64,000 nucleotides of DNA, taken from the NCBI GenBank assembly GCA_964291625.2, contig OZ220089.1, forward strand, positions 2,752,001 to 2,816,000, read 5' to 3'. The translations under genes were made by a program, and so were the position numbers. The notes beneath the pieces are model-generated. The model made no database searches. It was given only the letters and a program-made list of their open reading frames with translations, and was not told where the DNA came from. Position 1 is the first letter of the stretch. Every line of letters begins with the position of its first letter. Of this stretch, positions 60,315 through 64,000 are shown piece after piece. This DNA is from Candidatus Latescibacterota bacterium (GTDB taxonomy: Bacteria; Latescibacterota; UBA2968; UBA8231).

Positions 60315-60985
60315 CGCGTCCTCCGCCGGGGCCGGAAGGCCGGGTAGCTCGTGGAGCGGAAGCGGGCGCCCTCGAACTCCCCCTGCACGTGGAGCACGCG
60401 GTAGCCCACGGGGCGTCCCGACTCCACGGCGGAGGCCACGGCGTCGCCCGCCTCGCCCGGGTCCACCGCCATGGCATCCGGATCTTCTCCAGCCTCCGGC
60501 AGGTGACCGAGGCGCAGCACGGTGAGGGCGATCTGCTTCGTCTGGGCGAACTCGCGGGCCACGAACTCCCCGAGGCCGGGGGCCATCACATCGGGCTCGG
60601 TAGTCGGCCGCGGCCGCCACTCGGGCGTGACCCGCAGGTCCTCGTCGTACGCGGCGAAGAGGTCCAGCGTGCTCACGTGGACGCAGTGCTCGACGCCGGC
60701 CGCCGACGCCGCGGTGAGCAGGTTGTAGGTGCAGCGGGTGCAGGCGTCGATCCACTCGGCGGCGTCGGCCGCGGCGCCCGGGGGGCCGGGGATGTGGACC
60801 ACCGCCTTCATCCCCTGCACGAGGGCGTCCGTGGCCTTGGTGTGGCCCAGCCGCGACTGCACGAACTCGAGGTCCGTCCGCAGGCGCCGCCGGTCGGTCA
60901 GCCGCAGGCGGTGCCGCCGCCGCCGCAGCTCGGCGGTGACGGCGCGGCCGAGGGCGCTCCCGGCGCCGGTGACGAGGACTCTCAT
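60311..60985 (-). CDS. NAD-dependent epimerase/dehydratase-like protein lacking YxxxK
   Basis: VLVTGAGSALG Rossmann motif; TYNLL; MAPGLGE where YxxxK is expected. Confidence 0.7.
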   Translation of the reverse strand: MRVLVTGAGSALGRAVTAELRRRRHRLRLTDRRRLRTDLEFVQSRLGHTKATDALVQGMKAVVHIPGPPGAAADAAEWIDACTRCTYNLLTAASAAGVEHCVHVSTLDLFAAYDEDLRVTPEWRPRPTTEPDVMAPGLGEFVAREFAQTKQIALTVLRLGHLPEAGEDPDAMAVDPGEAGDAVASAVESGRPVGYRVLHVQGEFEGARFRSTSYPAFRPRRRTR

Positions 60986-60998
60986 GGCAGGGCGGCTC

Positions 60999-61835
60999 TC
61001 AGCACAGGCCCGCCTCGCGGAAGGCCGTGTCCAGGGTGCGGAAGGTGAGGTCGGCGGCGGCGAAGGGATCGTAGGCCGGGCGGGCCTGGACCATCTTGCT
61101 CACCTCGGCGGTGATGTAGCCCTCGTACCCGGCGCCCTCCATCGCTCGCAGGTAGGCGGTGAAGTCGAAGGGCCCCTCGCCGGGGATCAGGAACTCGTGG
61201 GCAGGCGACCGGCCGCGCTGGTCCTTGACGTGGGTGTGGACCGAGTGCGGCGCCAGGACGGCCACCGTCCGGTCCGTGGGCAGACCGAGGACCTCGAAGT
61301 GGCTGATGTCGAAGTTGAGCTTGAGGAACTCCGAGTCGACCTGCTGCAGGAGCCAGACCGTCCGCTCGGGCGTGTCGAGGGCGGAGCCTACGTGCGGCTC
61401 GAGGGCGATGACGACGCCGGCCGCGGCCCCGTACTCCACGAGCTGTCCCACCCTCTCGACGATGAAGCCGCGCCGCGGCTCCCAGTCGTCCGGGCGGCCG
61501 CCGAGGGTGGTGTCCAGGGCGGGGGGAACGCCTCCGGCCGGCGCCCACCCGGCGCACAGGTCGACGGCCCCGGTGAGGCGGCGCCAGTTCTCGTCGTGCT
61601 CGCCGCCCTCGGCCAGCAGCGACCGGTGGCCGGCGACCGCCGGCATGTCGAGGCCGTGGTCGTCGAAGAGGGCGCGGATCCGCCGCCGCTCCCCGGCGTC
61701 GAGGGTGTCCAGCTCCGTGGACCAGCCGGGGATGACGGTGGGCTCGACACCGGTGAAGCCGAGGCCGGCGAGGTGCCCGAGGGCGTCGTCGATCGCCACC
61801 TCGGGCATGCCCCACGTGGAGTAGCCGATCTGCAC
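60999..61835 (-). CDS. sugar phosphate isomerase/epimerase (xylose isomerase-like TIM barrel)
   Basis: IALEPH, NFDISH, HTHVKD, PGEG and ITAE motifs; GTG 61835. Confidence 0.87.
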   Translation of the reverse strand: MQIGYSTWGMPEVAIDDALGHLAGLGFTGVEPTVIPGWSTELDTLDAGERRRIRALFDDHGLDMPAVAGHRSLLAEGGEHDENWRRLTGAVDLCAGWAPAGGVPPALDTTLGGRPDDWEPRRGFIVERVGQLVEYGAAAGVVIALEPHVGSALDTPERTVWLLQQVDSEFLKLNFDISHFEVLGLPTDRTVAVLAPHSVHTHVKDQRGRSPAHEFLIPGEGPFDFTAYLRAMEGAGYEGYITAEVSKMVQARPAYDPFAAADLTFRTLDTAFREAGLC

Positions 61836-61846
61836 GGAGGCCGGCT

Positions 61847-63328
61847 CTACAGGATCTGCTGCTCGAAGTTGGAGGGCACCATGTCGTGGACGTCGGAGTC
61901 GCGCAGGGCGGAGGGCGACTGCATCTCCAGGACCGCCTTCTCGTGCAGCTCGTCCATGGTTCGGCAGCCGGCCGTGGCCAGGGTGGAGCGCAGGATCTGC
62001 ACCACCAGGGGCAGCTTCTCGAAGATCGAGCCGAGATGGGGCACGTACCCGGTGATCCCCTCCTCGAAGAACAGGTCTTTCAGCTGGGCGTAGCGCCGGT
62101 GGTTGCGGGCCTTGGCGCTGCCCTCCATCCAGTACTCCTTGACGATCTCGCCGGCGGCGTTGCGCATGAGGTTGCCCGCCGACTCGGTGTAGCGGGCGAA
62201 GAAGTTGCCCAGCATGAGGGCGTCGGCCCCCAGGGCCAGGGCCACCGACATCTCGGCGGGCCCCGCCATGCCGCCGTCGGCGATGAGGGGCAGGTATTCG
62301 CCCGTGGCGTCGGCGTGGCGGTCGCGGGCCGGGCCGACGCCGAGCAGGGCCGATCCCTGGCCGCGGCCGGTGGCCTTCACCTCCTGGGTGGTGCAGCCCG
62401 AGGCGATGCCCATGCCCACCTTCACCGCGTCGGCGCCGGTCTCGGCGAGGAACTCGAAGCCGCGGGAGGTGACCACGTTTCCGGCCACCACCGGCACGCC
62501 GCAGGTCGACTTGATCCACTCCACCATCTGCCGCTGGTAGTGGGTGTGGCCGTCGGAGGCGTCGACGACGATGACGTCGACCTCGTGCTCCACCAGGCAC
62601 TGGACGCGCTCGCGGTCCTCGGGGTGGGTGGAGACCGCCGCCCCCACGAGCAGGCGCTTCTGGGCGTCGATCGACTCGTTGGGGTGCTGCAGGTGCTTGT
62701 CGAGGTCCTTCTTGAAGACCGCCGTCTGCAGGATGCCGCCGGCGTCGACGATGGGCAGGAAGCCGCGGCCGAACTTGATCATCAGCCGGTTGGCTTCCTT
62801 GAGGTCGGAGATGTCGACGCCGTACTGCACGTCGGTGCGCATGCGCTCCTCGACGGTGAGGGCGTGGTCGCGCCGCACGTCGAAGTCCTTGTCCGTGATC
62901 ACCCCCAGGAGCCTGGCGTGGAACTCGCCCGTGTCGGTCACCGGGAAGGTGGAGTAGCCGGTCTCCTCCATGATGCGGATCACGTCGGCGATCGTCTGGC
63001 GCGGCGAGAGGGTGGTGATGCTGGTCTGGAAGCCGGCCTTGAAGCGCTTCACCCGGCCGATCTTCTCGGACTGCTCCTCGATCGTCTGGCTCACCGGCAG
63101 GATGCCGATGCCCCCGAGCTGGGCGATGGCGATGGCCATCTCGGTGCCCGTCACCGCCTGCATGGCGGCGCTCAGGAAGGGCGTGTGCAGGCGCAGGTAG
63201 CCGTCGCCGCTGCGGCACAGGCGGGTGGTGAGATCGACGTTGAGGGCGTTGCCGTCGGGGGGCGTGTACCCCGGCAGGATGCGGAACTCGCGAAGGCTGT
63301 GAGACGGGCGGTCGAGAACCTTGCTCAT
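61847..63328 (-). CDS. guaB: IMP dehydrogenase (with CBS pair)
   Basis: SAAMQAV, VVAGNVVT, KVGMGIASGCTT, IADGG, YWMEGS, flap RY and EEG motifs; ATG 63328. Confidence 0.88.
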   Translation of the reverse strand: MSKVLDRPSHSLREFRILPGYTPPDGNALNVDLTTRLCRSGDGYLRLHTPFLSAAMQAVTGTEMAIAIAQLGGIGILPVSQTIEEQSEKIGRVKRFKAGFQTSITTLSPRQTIADVIRIMEETGYSTFPVTDTGEFHARLLGVITDKDFDVRRDHALTVEERMRTDVQYGVDISDLKEANRLMIKFGRGFLPIVDAGGILQTAVFKKDLDKHLQHPNESIDAQKRLLVGAAVSTHPEDRERVQCLVEHEVDVIVVDASDGHTHYQRQMVEWIKSTCGVPVVAGNVVTSRGFEFLAETGADAVKVGMGIASGCTTQEVKATGRGQGSALLGVGPARDRHADATGEYLPLIADGGMAGPAEMSVALALGADALMLGNFFARYTESAGNLMRNAAGEIVKEYWMEGSAKARNHRRYAQLKDLFFEEGITGYVPHLGSIFEKLPLVVQILRSTLATAGCRTMDELHEKAVLEMQSPSALRDSDVHDMVPSNFEQQIL

Positions 63329-63439
63329 GGCTGAGGCGTCCTCCGGCGCGGGGCCGTCGAATATAGAGAAAGAGGGCGAGAATGGGGAGGAAGCCGTACC
63401 TTGGAGTGCTTCGTTCAGAGCCGAAACAGGAGGAGTGAC

Positions 63440-63694
63440 ATGCCCTATTACATCCGAAACCGCCCCTCCCGCGACGACGTCGCCGTGCCCGGTTTCCTGG
63501 TGAGCTGCCTGCTCATGCTGATCGTGGGCGCGGTCCTGGGCATGCTGCTGGCGCCGCAGCGGGGCGAGGTCACCCGCCGCCGCATCCTGCGCCGCGCCGG
63601 CGAGGCCCGCGACGGTGTCATCGAGAAGGTCGAGGACCTGATGGTCCACCGCAGCGAGGAAGAGGCCGGCACCGATGAAGAAGCCGCTAGCTGA
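63440..63694 (+). CDS. YtxH-like small membrane protein
   Basis: GAVLGMLLAPQRGEVTRRRI; AGGAGG RBS. Confidence 0.75.
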   Translation: MPYYIRNRPSRDDVAVPGFLVSCLLMLIVGAVLGMLLAPQRGEVTRRRILRRAGEARDGVIEKVEDLMVHRSEEEAGTDEEAAS

Positions 63695-64000
63695 CGGACT
63701 GCGGGACCGCCTCGCCGGCGTCGCCGAGCGCGGCCGCGTCCTCGGGCGGGTCCTGAGGGCGCGCGCCGACGTGGCCGCCTCCCGCCGCCGGCTGCGCGCC
63801 TCCTTGCGCGAGCTCGGCGAGGAGGTCTACGCCCGCCTCGGCGAGGGCGCCCTGGAGGGCGACCACCGTCTCCTGCTCCTCAAGGAGCGGATCGACGGCC
63901 TCCACGACGAGGTCCGCCGCCGCGAGGAGGAGCTGAGCGCCGCCATGCACTCTCCCCGCCCGGCGGCCAGGGCCTCCGCCGCGGCCGCCGCCGACGGCGG
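63675..64000 (+). CDS. hypothetical coiled-coil protein (partial, runs off window)
   Basis: MKKPLADGLRDRL..LRELGEEVYARL..KERIDGLHDEVRRREEEL; open to the window end and overlaps the ytxH-like gene. Confidence 0.6.
   Translation, partial: MKKPLADGLRDRLAGVAERGRVLGRVLRARADVAASRRRLRASLRELGEEVYARLGEGALEGDHRLLLLKERIDGLHDEVRRREEELSAAMHSPRPAARASAAAAADG

Noticed and set aside
61847-63328. Atypical catalytic loop GMGIASGCTT suggesting GMP reductase or a novel enzyme
   Set aside because: The catalytic Cys, the preceding Ser, the CBS pair and the flap Arg-Tyr dyad are retained, consistent with a divergent IMPDH.

Overview
Very GC-rich bacterial chromosome segment that is almost entirely coding. Gene content (a FlgD/T9SS-type C-terminal domain, a C-terminal TWGxxK tail, a sulfatase, beta-propeller hydrolases, a phytanoyl-CoA dioxygenase) suggests an FCB-group lineage such as Candidatus Latescibacterota; this is inference only. 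Many supplied ORFs are GC-rich shadow frames, so starts were re-called from translation. Housekeeping and metabolic genes include acnA, guaB, uppP, cnoX/ybbN, a polyamine-type ABC transporter, SulP, MIP, glycosyltransferases and phnA. Accessory content: a PHP+ABC-ATPase (Ppl/TrlF-like) defence gene running off the left edge, a type III R-M pair whose Res nuclease domain looks decayed, and three toxin-antitoxin modules or remnants inserted between the ABC transporter genes. The most unusual items are (1) a coupled operon of HpcH aldolase, an MTHFR-like/SAM-methyltransferase-like fusion and a LamG domain split by a 7-repeat propeller, (2) an HpnZ-like alcohol dehydrogenase coupled to phosphonoacetate hydrolase with no phnW/phnY in the window, and (3) recurrent short duplications of gene ends. 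Two genes carry single-base deletions in C runs. No rRNA, tRNA, CRISPR array, integrase or transposase was recognised.
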